Assembly: GCA_050486305.1 (NCBI GenBank) | Contig: JBJHDA010000001.1 | Location: 243,071 to 307,070, forward strand | Direction of reading: 5' to 3' | Source: Candidatus Saccharimonadota bacterium | GTDB lineage: Bacteria; Patescibacteriota; Saccharimonadia; Saccharimonadales; SLHW01 | DNA length: 64,000 nt | Shown: piece after piece, positions 1-10,060 of the stretch | Numbering within the stretch: the first letter of the stretch is position 1 | Layout: each line of letters starts with the position of its first letter | Position numbers and translations under genes: made by a program | Notes under the pieces: generated by a model | Seen by the model: the letters and a program-made list of their open reading frames with translations, nothing else | Database searches by the model: none | Told to the model about the DNA's origin: nothing

Positions 1-92
1 ATAAGTCCGAGACTGGCGCTGGTCTTGCCTTTGCTGTCTCCGGTGTACACCAGTACTACCGATTGCTTTGTCTTGAAGTCCTCGAATGCCAT
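1..92 (-). CDS. N-terminal fragment of a CobO/BtuR-type cob(I)yrinic acid a,c-diamide adenosyltransferase-like P-loop protein (gene runs off the window)
   Basis: Reverse-strand translation from ATG at 92 gives MAFEDFKTKQSVVLVYTGDSKGKTSASLGL. The VYTG-x-GKGKT-x-A-x-G pattern is typical of this family. Only 30 codons are visible. Confidence 0.45.
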   Translation of the reverse strand, partial: MAFEDFKTKQSVVLVYTGDSKGKTSASLGL

Positions 93-107
93 AGCATTCA
101 GTGTACA

Positions 108-536
108 TTATGCGACTTGCGGCCTGTAATGATCGGTACTTGGCTTGCTCTCGTGCAGTTCTAATGTAACGTAGTTTTTGAATAAAACGTGCTGGGCGGC
201 CACGACGCTGGAGCGGATGCGGATTAGCCTAGCTTTTTCAGGGGTGAGCTTAGTCGGATCTGTCGGTCTGAGCCGTTCTAAAATCTCATCTGAATCGATG
301 GCGCTCTCAATGGCATCGTCGTCAACATAAATCTCTCGATTTTCGGAAAATTGCGTGTATGCATCAAGCAGCTCCGGATTTTCCGTCGGGGGGAACGGAT
401 AATTCTCGAAGTGCCCATAAGCAAATGCGTGCTCCTGGTAGTCATTGACCACCTCAAGTTGCTCCGGCGATATAAGTCTCGGAAAATCCTCTGGGTCTAA
501 AAATACCTTACGGTCGAATTCACCGCTCTCGTTCAT
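108..536 (-). CDS. hypothetical acidic protein (142 aa)
   Basis: Clean ORF. Its stop lies 16 nt upstream of the next minus-strand start at 92. No recognisable motif. Confidence 0.6.
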   Translation of the reverse strand: MNESGEFDRKVFLDPEDFPRLISPEQLEVVNDYQEHAFAYGHFENYPFPPTENPELLDAYTQFSENREIYVDDDAIESAIDSDEILERLRPTDPTKLTPEKARLIRIRSSVVAAQHVLFKNYVTLELHESKPSTDHYRPQVA

Positions 537-820
537 TCAAGAATCCCCCATATGTCTTTAGGTTCGCGCAATTATAAATGAAAACATAAAAATAGCTTGT
601 AATTTATTTCACACCTATCTTTCGCGTTGTCCTATTTGTCTGCGGTTGGCGGAGAAGGTTCACGATCTTTCGATACAGCGTAAAAATTACACTTGCGTGA
701 GCCAGAGGTGCGTTGGTATACTGCGCTTCGTATGCTTCGAGGTGTCGAAAGTAGGATACGAAACGGCTTGCTTAGACCAGTATTGGTCCAAGCCGCAGAC
801 GCGTAGGCTAGATTGACATC

Positions 821-1795
821 TTGAGCAGAAAATATCAATTGAGCGAGGTAGTAAACCATCCCGTGCGTAATATCTTTGCGTCGACAGAAGGAATCCACAT
901 AAGTTTAAGCGCTGAACCGTTGCTTCATATTGGGCCGTTCACGTTTACGAACGCCATGCTGTATGGAATGATTACTGCTGCCGTCATGTATGTGGTGTTA
1001 AAAGCGGTAGCAAATAATATAACTATCGAGCCAACGAAACGGGCGCTGATCAGCATATTTGAAGCTATCGTTGAATACGTCATTGGTATGCTTCAAGGTG
1101 CATTTGGATCCCGGGAAAAAGGCGTCAAGTTTGCGCCGGTATTCGCGTTCTTCTTTATATTTATTATTTTCAGTAATTTTGGGGGTCTCATACCGCTTGT
1201 TAGCCCTGCATTCAGTGTCGGGGACTCTAACCTATTCCGGCCGCTGACGGCAGACTTAAACGGCACGATCGCTATGAGTATTATCGCGATAATCGCGGTA
1301 CAAGTCCTTAGCATTAAAGAGCAAGGTATAAAGGGGCACCTGAAGCACTATTTTAGTGATAAGCCGCTCAATCCTATAAACTTTTTTATTGGGGTACTAG
1401 AGGTCTTTGGTGAGCTTACCCGCATCCTTAGCCTCAGTCTTCGACTTTTCTTAAATACGGCAGTCGGTGAGATACTTATCAGCGTGTTTACCAGTATGAT
1501 TCTAACTTATGGCCGAACACCGATCGCTGTAATCCCGATACTGATGTTTGAGGTGCTGGTTGCATACATCCAGGCGTATGTGTTTACGATTTTGACGGCG
1601 AATTACCTAGGTATTGCGATATCGCACGCCGATCATCATGATGAAGAAGCTCACGAAGAGGGCGAAGAGGCTGTGCCGGCATCTCGACCTCGCGCAATGG
1701 GGACACCCGAGACCGCCCCGACCGCCGGCCCACATTCTATTGACCATCACTCCCCTGCTACACTTAAGAACCGGTTGGTAGGTCAAGATGGTTAA
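821..1795 (+). CDS. atpB: F0F1 ATP synthase subunit a
   Basis: Multi-pass membrane protein with the a-subunit 'LSLSLRLFLN' arginine helix. It is the first gene of an atpB-E-F-H-A-G-D-C order. Start is uncertain: TTG at 821 or in-frame GTG at 863 preceded by GAGGT. Confidence 0.88.
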   Translation: MSRKYQLSEVVNHPVRNIFASTEGIHISLSAEPLLHIGPFTFTNAMLYGMITAAVMYVVLKAVANNITIEPTKRALISIFEAIVEYVIGMLQGAFGSREKGVKFAPVFAFFFIFIIFSNFGGLIPLVSPAFSVGDSNLFRPLTADLNGTIAMSIIAIIAVQVLSIKEQGIKGHLKHYFSDKPLNPINFFIGVLEVFGELTRILSLSLRLFLNTAVGEILISVFTSMILTYGRTPIAVIPILMFEVLVAYIQAYVFTILTANYLGIAISHADHHDEEAHEEGEEAVPASRPRAMGTPETAPTAGPHSIDHHSPATLKNRLVGQDG

Positions 1796-1830
1796 GGGTT
1801 AAATTAAAGGAAAAAAGAGAGGAATAACAT

Positions 1831-2064
1831 ATGGTTCACTTACTAGCAGACGTAGAGAGCACAATTGCTCTTTCAAAAGGTATTATGCTCGGTGTAGCAT
1901 TTGCCGCAGCAGCACTCGGGCTTGCATTGCTTGGTGCACAATACATGAAGGCCCTCGGCCGTAATCCAGAAGCTGGCAAGACAGCTAACGCGATTATTAT
2001 TATCGCGGCCATGATTGAGGTGACAGCATTGCTCGCCTTCTTGCTTGGCGCATTCTTGTTCTAG
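1831..2064 (+). CDS. atpE: F0F1 ATP synthase subunit c
   Basis: 77-aa two-helix proteolipid with a Glu in helix 2 (AAMIEVTALLAF). Strong SD (AGAGAGGAA) upstream. Confidence 0.9.
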   Translation: MVHLLADVESTIALSKGIMLGVAFAAAALGLALLGAQYMKALGRNPEAGKTANAIIIIAAMIEVTALLAFLLGAFLF

Positions 2065-2107
2065 CAATTTACAAAGATAACACGTAGGAAAGGTAACGAA
2101 ATACAAT

Positions 2108-2632
2108 ATGAGCAATTACTTCGCAGCAGCAGAATTAGAAGGAATTGGCGCATTAGGCATTGATCCGCTGGCCATTTTGGCGCAGGGCGTTACCTTTCTT
2201 GTTCTCTTTTATGTAGTTAAGAAGTTTGCGCTAGAGAAAATAGTGTCGACGCTTCAGGAACGACACAAGAAGATAGATAGCGGTGTTCGGCTTGGTTTCA
2301 AGATGGAAAAGGAGTTCGAAAAGCTCCAGCACACTGTAGACCAAAAGCTGCATCAGGCCCGCCTAGATGCAGACAGAATTCTTGATGATGCAAATCAAGA
2401 GTCTGGCCAGATTATCAAAGCTGCTGAAGAAAAGGCCAGTCACAAGGTCAACCAGATGCTGGCTGACGCTGAGGCAAAGATCGAGTCCGAAATGGAGCGA
2501 GCACAGCGACAGCTACGTAAAGAGCTGGTTGAGCTGGTGGCCGACGCGACAGAAGTTGTCCTAGAGGAAAAGCTTGATAAAGATAAGGACATGAAGCTGA
2601 TCGAGCGGTCTATCGCGGAGGTTTCCAGGTGA
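2108..2632 (+). CDS. atpF: F0F1 ATP synthase subunit b
   Basis: N-terminal TM helix followed by a long charged coiled-coil. Position in the operon fits. Overlaps the next gene by 4 nt. Confidence 0.85.
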   Translation: MSNYFAAAELEGIGALGIDPLAILAQGVTFLVLFYVVKKFALEKIVSTLQERHKKIDSGVRLGFKMEKEFEKLQHTVDQKLHQARLDADRILDDANQESGQIIKAAEEKASHKVNQMLADAEAKIESEMERAQRQLRKELVELVADATEVVLEEKLDKDKDMKLIERSIAEVSR

Positions 2633-3024
2633 GCGCCAGGAGCAAAACACCACGTAAGCAATTAGTAGCTGCATTGCTGCAGTTAGCCGAACAGCAGCGC
2701 GATCCGAAGGTGCTGGCACAGAAAATCGCCGCGTATTTAATTAGCGAGGGTCGAGTGAATGAGATTGACCTGCTAGCCCGCGACATTGAGCGGCTGCAGT
2801 ACCAGGCGACCGGAACGTTAGAGATTCACGCTGTTAGCGCCCGCACATTGAGCAGCAACGTAAAGCAAGCAATCATAGGATTGTTTGCGGCAAAGAACAT
2901 TATTTTACACGAAGATATTGAGCAAGACCTTATTGGTGGTGTTCGCGTGCGCGCACAGGACCAGGTGTTAGACCTGAGTGTGCGTACACGTTTACGTCAC
3001 CTGAGGCAAGACACCAAAATCTAG
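2629..3024 (+). CDS. atpH: F0F1 ATP synthase subunit delta (short, 131 aa)
   Basis: Operon position. C-terminal '[22 protein letters not shown]' resembles the OSCP/delta C-terminus. GTG start overlaps the atpF stop. Confidence 0.72.
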   Translation: MSARSKTPRKQLVAALLQLAEQQRDPKVLAQKIAAYLISEGRVNEIDLLARDIERLQYQATGTLEIHAVSARTLSSNVKQAIIGLFAAKNIILHEDIEQDLIGGVRVRAQDQVLDLSVRTRLRHLRQDTKI

Positions 3025-3040
3025 GAGGAGAGGATTTATT

Positions 3041-4618
3041 ATGAGTGCGAAAGAAGCAAACCAATTATCAGTCAAAGAACTAAGCCAGGATATTCGTGAC
3101 GCGATAGCTGACCTGAAGCGCCGTCCGGAGATTGAAGAAGTAGGTATTGTTACCCGGGTTGGTGACGGCATCGCTTGGATATACGGTCTAAGGAAATGTG
3201 GCTACAGCGAAATGATTGATATTGAAACCGAAGACGGTGGCACCGTGACCGCCTTTGCCCTCAACCTTGGCGATGACGAAATTGGCACAGTACTCCTCGG
3301 CGAGGAGATTGGTGTTCGGGCTGGTGCGACTGCTCGACTCACCGGCAAAATCCTTGAAGTCCCAGTTGGTCCTGAGCTGGTCGGACGGGTCGTTAACCCG
3401 CTTGGGCAGCCACTTGACGACAAGGGCGCGATTAAGACCAAGCAATCTAGTCCTGTTGAGCGACCTGCCCCGAGTGTGCTCGACCGAAAGAGTGTACACG
3501 AGCCACTGATGACCGGCCTGTTATCGATTGACGCTATGGTGCCGATCGGTCGTGGACAACGTGAGCTGATTATCGGTGACCGCCAAACTGGTAAGACCGC
3601 GGTTGCAGTCGATACGATGATTAACCAGCACGCGCAAGAAACCGGAGTCATTAATATTTATGTAGCAGTCGGCCAGAAACTCAGTAAGGTTGCCCGTTTG
3701 GTAGAGCGGCTTAAGCGCGAGGGGGTCATGGAGCAATCTATCATCGTGGCAACTTCGGCAGCTGACCCGGCGAGCTTACAGTACCTCGCCCCGTACGCTG
3801 GTTGTGCTATGGGCGAATACTTCCGGGATAACGGGCAACACGCGCTGATTATCTACGACGACTTATCTAAGCACGCGGCTGCGTACAGGCAGATGTCACT
3901 CCTCCTGCGTCGGCCTCCCGGACGCGAAGCGTATCCAGGGGATGTATTTTATCTGCACTCTCGTCTACTCGAACGTGCCGCAAAGCTGAACGATGACCTT
4001 GGTGCGGGGAGTCTCACTGCCCTGCCTATTATCGAGACGCAGGCTGGCGACATCAGTGCCTACATTCCAACCAACGTTATTTCTATTACGGATGGTCAGA
4101 TTTTTATGGAGACCAGTTTGTTCAATCAAGGTATTCGCCCGGCGGTTTCGGTCGGCTTGTCGGTATCACGTGTTGGAGGTGCTGCGCAGACCAAGGCGGT
4201 CAAGAGCGTTGCTGGTAACTTGCGCCTCAGCCTTGCACAGTTCCGCGAGCTGGCAGCCTTTGCTCAGTTCTCGAGCGACCTGGATGCTGATACAAAACAG
4301 CGAATCGAGCGTGGCCAGCGCCTCACCGAACTGCTCAAACAGCCACAATACAACCCGTTGAGCGTGTGGGAGCAGACCGCCCTTTTGCTTGCGGCGAACG
4401 AAGGTGCATTTGACACGGTAGCGATAGAAGATATACCGAACATAAAGGAAAGCCTGCTAAGCGAGCTCGCAAAACATCACGGGAAGCTGATAGCTACACT
4501 TGACGATGGCGACAAGCCAGACGACAAAATGAAGAAGACCATCCTTGACGTCGCACAGAAGATCGCTAAGTCATACGAGGCAGATGAGCAGGCAGACGAA
4601 GCGGAGGCAAAAAAATAG
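3041..4618 (+). CDS. atpA: F0F1 ATP synthase subunit alpha
   Basis: Walker A 'GDRQTGKT', 'IYDDLSKHA', and typical alpha-subunit sequence throughout. Confidence 0.97.
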   Translation: MSAKEANQLSVKELSQDIRDAIADLKRRPEIEEVGIVTRVGDGIAWIYGLRKCGYSEMIDIETEDGGTVTAFALNLGDDEIGTVLLGEEIGVRAGATARLTGKILEVPVGPELVGRVVNPLGQPLDDKGAIKTKQSSPVERPAPSVLDRKSVHEPLMTGLLSIDAMVPIGRGQRELIIGDRQTGKTAVAVDTMINQHAQETGVINIYVAVGQKLSKVARLVERLKREGVMEQSIIVATSAADPASLQYLAPYAGCAMGEYFRDNGQHALIIYDDLSKHAAAYRQMSLLLRRPPGREAYPGDVFYLHSRLLERAAKLNDDLGAGSLTALPIIETQAGDISAYIPTNVISITDGQIFMETSLFNQGIRPAVSVGLSVSRVGGAAQTKAVKSVAGNLRLSLAQFRELAAFAQFSSDLDADTKQRIERGQRLTELLKQPQYNPLSVWEQTALLLAANEGAFDTVAIEDIPNIKESLLSELAKHHGKLIATLDDGDKPDDKMKKTILDVAQKIAKSYEADEQADEAEAKK

Positions 4619-4624
4619 CACCTC

Positions 4625-5491
4625 ATGGCAAGTACACAGCAGCTAAAGCAGCGCATCACCAGTGTTAAGAATACGAAGCAGATTACCAAAGCAATGGAAA
4701 TGGTAGCTGCCAGTAAGATGCGTCGTGCCCAGGAGCATGCTTTAAAAAGCCGGGATTTCCGACGCTTAGCCCGCCAAATACTCACTCGCCTGAGTGAAGT
4801 TACTGACGTGACGGTCCACCCGCTGTATGTTCAGCGTGATGTCAAGCATCGCTTACACGTATTTATCACAAGTGATCGCGGGCTGGCCGGAGCGTTTAAC
4901 AGCAATCTCTTCCGGGCTTTTATGAATGAGCTGCATCAGGACATCGATAATGGTGTAAAGAGCAGTGTCATCGTGATTGGCCGTAAAGGTGCACGGCTTG
5001 TTAACAAGCTTGAGGGTGTCGAGGTAGTTGCTGCGTACGAAAACTTTCCTGAGTTACCGTCAGCAAAAGAGATCCACCCGATACTCCGTACGGTAATTCA
5101 GCAGTTTACTGACGAATCAATAGACGCTGCTGATGTGACGTACACACACTTTCAGTCAAGTATCAGCCAGGTCGTAACGACAGAGCGGTTACTGCCTGCT
5201 GTGTTCCGTGAAGTAGAAATTTCACCTGATCTCGGCCGGGCAATCGTCGAGCCAGACCCAAAGATAGTACTAGAGCAGGTCACCGAACGTTTGGTAGAAG
5301 TGCAGCTGAACCAAGCCTTTAACGAAAGTCAAGCGAGCGAACATTCTGCCCGGATGATGGCTATGAAGAATGCAACAGATAATGCCGGCGATTTGATAGA
5401 TGATTTAACCCTGTCGTACAATACGGCCAGACAGGCTGCTATCACGCAAGAGCTTGCTGAGATAACGGGTGGCGCAGAGGCAATTAATTAA
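4625..5491 (+). CDS. atpG: F0F1 ATP synthase subunit gamma
   Basis: N-terminal 'LKQRITSVKNTKQITKAMEMVAASKMRRAQ' and C-terminal 'RQAAITQELAEITGGAEA' gamma signatures. Confidence 0.95.
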   Translation: MASTQQLKQRITSVKNTKQITKAMEMVAASKMRRAQEHALKSRDFRRLARQILTRLSEVTDVTVHPLYVQRDVKHRLHVFITSDRGLAGAFNSNLFRAFMNELHQDIDNGVKSSVIVIGRKGARLVNKLEGVEVVAAYENFPELPSAKEIHPILRTVIQQFTDESIDAADVTYTHFQSSISQVVTTERLLPAVFREVEISPDLGRAIVEPDPKIVLEQVTERLVEVQLNQAFNESQASEHSARMMAMKNATDNAGDLIDDLTLSYNTARQAAITQELAEITGGAEAIN

Positions 5492-5500
5492 GGAGTGAGT

Positions 5501-7353
<1,853 letters not shown>

Positions 7354-7355
7354 GC

Positions 7356-7694
7356 ATGACATCCCCAGAAGACATTACAAGCCAGGATGTTTATGAGCCA
7401 GAGCAGTCACGATTAGCTGCCGAAGCGGATGTTTATTCTGGTTACGGCGATAAACGACCAGATGCGCCTCTCGCTGGTGATGCTGCTGGTATGCGACGGA
7501 TCGGTACCGTTGCGATTGGTGGCCATGCTCCAGCCGACGATTTACCCGCTGGGCGTGTAGTCGATGGCTGGGGAGACGGTCAACGATCGGATGCGGTAGA
7601 GACACAGTGGGGTCTGACGCGTCTCAATCAAGTAAGCTCAGTTACAAGAGCAATTATCGAGCGAGAAGAACAAGAGGGGTTTAACGAGTCATGA
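7356..7694 (+). CDS. hypothetical protein embedded between atpD and atpC (112 aa)
   Basis: ATG lies 2 nt after the atpD stop. Its TGA (7692-7694) overlaps the atpC ATG (7691) as ATGA. Acidic and Gly/Asp-rich, with no recognisable domain. Confidence 0.6.
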   Translation: MTSPEDITSQDVYEPEQSRLAAEADVYSGYGDKRPDAPLAGDAAGMRRIGTVAIGGHAPADDLPAGRVVDGWGDGQRSDAVETQWGLTRLNQVSSVTRAIIEREEQEGFNES

Positions 7695-8143
7695 TACAGC
7701 TTGAGCTCGTCACGCTAGCAGGCACCAAGTTTAATAAGGAAGTCCATGAGGTACTCTTGCCTACTCCGGATGGCCAGATTGCTATTTTTAAAAATCATGC
7801 GCCGCTCGTGAGCCTCGTTTCAGGAGGTATGATCGGTGTACGGCATAAGCCGGAGCATTTTGACGACATGATCGAGTATTTTGCTACTCAGGGCGGCGTT
7901 GCCGAAATGAGCGAAAACGGTGTCCGGGTTTTGGTTGATGAGGCTGCCGGCAGTGATGAGCTTGATGAGGCAGAAGTGAAAGAAGCGCTTGAGCGGGCTC
8001 ATAAACTGCGCGATGAAGCCAAAGACCAGATGTCACTCGAGCACGCTCAAGCGATGATCGATCGCTCACGCACTGAGCTAAAAGTAGCTGAGCTCAAGAA
8101 GCGCAAACGAACCAGAAGCAGAGCCCCGGACAATATCCAATAG
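7691..8143 (+). CDS. atpC: F0F1 ATP synthase subunit epsilon
   Basis: N-terminal beta-sandwich pattern 'LELVTLAG...EVLLPTPDGQIAIFKNHAPLVS', a C-terminal helical region, and last position in the operon. Confidence 0.9.
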   Translation: MIQLELVTLAGTKFNKEVHEVLLPTPDGQIAIFKNHAPLVSLVSGGMIGVRHKPEHFDDMIEYFATQGGVAEMSENGVRVLVDEAAGSDELDEAEVKEALERAHKLRDEAKDQMSLEHAQAMIDRSRTELKVAELKKRKRTRSRAPDNIQ

Positions 8144-8213
8144 GTATCGATTGGCGTCAGTGCCAATAATTAATAGTCGATGGCTTTCCAATAAGCCCAA
8201 ACTTTTTAAACTC

Positions 8214-8795
8214 TTATCCTTTCCAGTAATGTTCAGGAGGCTTAACCCAAGGTACGTTCGCGCTACGTAGAGTTTTTGTAACACTAGCTGTTATAACGCT
8301 TTCATCAATAATCCATGTATTGAGCGAACTCTCTGTTGGGTTTCGCTTGCGGACTGGTGCATACAGCTGGAAATCGGTAGATATATATAGATCTTCAGTA
8401 GTTCTTACATCTTTGCCGCTGGAAGAGTATTCGCCCTCTTGGGTTTCAACACTCCAGCCTTCTACTGTTTGGCGTGTCAGAATGTGTCGCAATGCGTCAT
8501 ATGGCCCACTTCCGGCCATAACAGTGCTGCGGACGTACCGATTCGGGTCTATGCCACTCTTTGCCATAGAATGTACTAGGCCTGCGATCGCCAGCCTACC
8601 TATGACAGGAATAAGCGTAGCTCGGTTTAGGGCTAGCCCTTCCTTCGAATATACTTTATCCCAGAACGACTGAGCTGGATTAGGCTTATTACCTTCTTGT
8701 TGATGACCAGTTGCATGCTGTTGCTCGCGGCTAGAGTCTGGTCGCGTTGCTCGTTCCATCTCATTAGAAAACTCATCACCGATATTCATAAACAT
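8214..8795 (-). CDS. hypothetical protein
   Basis: Long ORF. The upstream extension to 8852 is AT-rich and Cys/Tyr-rich, so the ATGs at 8795 or 8789 are preferred. No clear SD and no domain recognised. Confidence 0.5.
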   Translation of the reverse strand: MFMNIGDEFSNEMERATRPDSSREQQHATGHQQEGNKPNPAQSFWDKVYSKEGLALNRATLIPVIGRLAIAGLVHSMAKSGIDPNRYVRSTVMAGSGPYDALRHILTRQTVEGWSVETQEGEYSSSGKDVRTTEDLYISTDFQLYAPVRKRNPTESSLNTWIIDESVITASVTKTLRSANVPWVKPPEHYWKG

Positions 8796-8987
8796 ATAAT
8801 AATATAAACAACAACAATCGTCAATTATCAAATTTTGGCTATACGTGCACACAATTGCGTCAACGATATCGAGTTTACTGGCAAAAATAAGCTAAAACGT
8901 TCACCCGGTGTTTTTTATGGTTGATTTATTGCTTTACTGGGAGTAAGATTGCTAATTGTGATTAATTCTAAGTAAAAGGTGTGATAA

Positions 8988-9998
8988 ATGTCACTAGAAC
9001 AGCAAGGTCCATCTCCTGAAAGGATACATATGAAGGAATTGAAAACTGTCTGTCTTGCCCCGCAGGGGCTTGGCTTTGGCGAAGGCGTTATTTCTTATAA
9101 CAGTCGTGCCATCCACGATATACCAGAGGACGAACTGGAGCAGGTAGAAGCAATTATCAAAAGCCCAGAACAGATACTGACAGAAGTCGACAAGCAGGAC
9201 GGCGAATATCTGGATGATGATGGCTGCGGTGACGGTCGGGGTGTAACAAATGAATCTGGCGAAGTTGTCTACATAAAGCAAGGAAACAATGAGTTGAAAC
9301 GCTCGTTAAACCGCGCGAAATTATTCGGTGGCAGTGTAGCGATGACCGTAGCTGCCAAAATAGCGCAGTCAGGGGCAGAAAACCCCCGGCTTTACTCGCT
9401 TGCTGTAGAAAGCATGGATTTGCTAGACAGCCAGGGAGTTGACTACGGCGCACACACTGACGAGCATGCAGGCGCACGAAAAAGCGGTTGCGGTGCGATA
9501 GACAATGCGCCGACCATTCTTGCCAATATAGTAAATTATGAGCAGGAGATTGCGGACACGATACACGCGCTTGATCCGGCTGTTGACGCCGAACTGCTAA
9601 ACGAAGTACTTGAGAATTTCCGCGAATACTCTAGTGCTGACCAGGAAGGCTATAGCGGTGCAGATGTTATGGATGAAATCGACCGTCGGGAAAAAGTAAT
9701 AAAGCGTCTCGTTAGCGGGCACAATGAAATGTATATCGTCCTTAACGATGTCGAAAATTACACCGTCAACCAATTCACTGTTCGCGATGCCAGCCACGAG
9801 AGCATCCAAGTATTCGCAGTAGACTTATGGCGAGCGCAGAATATAAACAACCGTTTATTCGAAGACTCAGTCGAGCAGCAAAAAGCTATGCTTGGCCAGC
9901 TTATTTACACGCTTGGAACGGCCGCGACCCTAACGGACGGAACACTGCCGGTTTACCGTATTCAAAACATGAGACAACCGCAAAATATCTATAGCTAG
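8988..9998 (+). CDS. hypothetical protein with CxDxR and H..H..CGA motifs
   Basis: SD AAGGTG lies 6 nt upstream of the ATG. Motifs are 'DDDGCGDGRG' (nt 9225-9239) and 'GAHTDEHAGARKSGCGAIDN' (nt ~9447-9500). Confidence 0.7.
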   Translation: MSLEQQGPSPERIHMKELKTVCLAPQGLGFGEGVISYNSRAIHDIPEDELEQVEAIIKSPEQILTEVDKQDGEYLDDDGCGDGRGVTNESGEVVYIKQGNNELKRSLNRAKLFGGSVAMTVAAKIAQSGAENPRLYSLAVESMDLLDSQGVDYGAHTDEHAGARKSGCGAIDNAPTILANIVNYEQEIADTIHALDPAVDAELLNEVLENFREYSSADQEGYSGADVMDEIDRREKVIKRLVSGHNEMYIVLNDVENYTVNQFTVRDASHESIQVFAVDLWRAQNINNRLFEDSVEQQKAMLGQLIYTLGTAATLTDGTLPVYRIQNMRQPQNIYS

Positions 9999-10060
9999 AA
10001 TATTATAATATTATTATAATAACGTTATAATATTGTTATAATAATTAAGAAGTAAACAAT

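Noticed and set aside
632-898. 88-aa minus-strand ORF upstream of and overlapping the atpB start
   Set aside because: It lies antisense to the atp promoter/leader and the start of atpB. It has no SD, and its composition is odd (Cys/Arg/Ser-rich). It is most likely a chance ORF.
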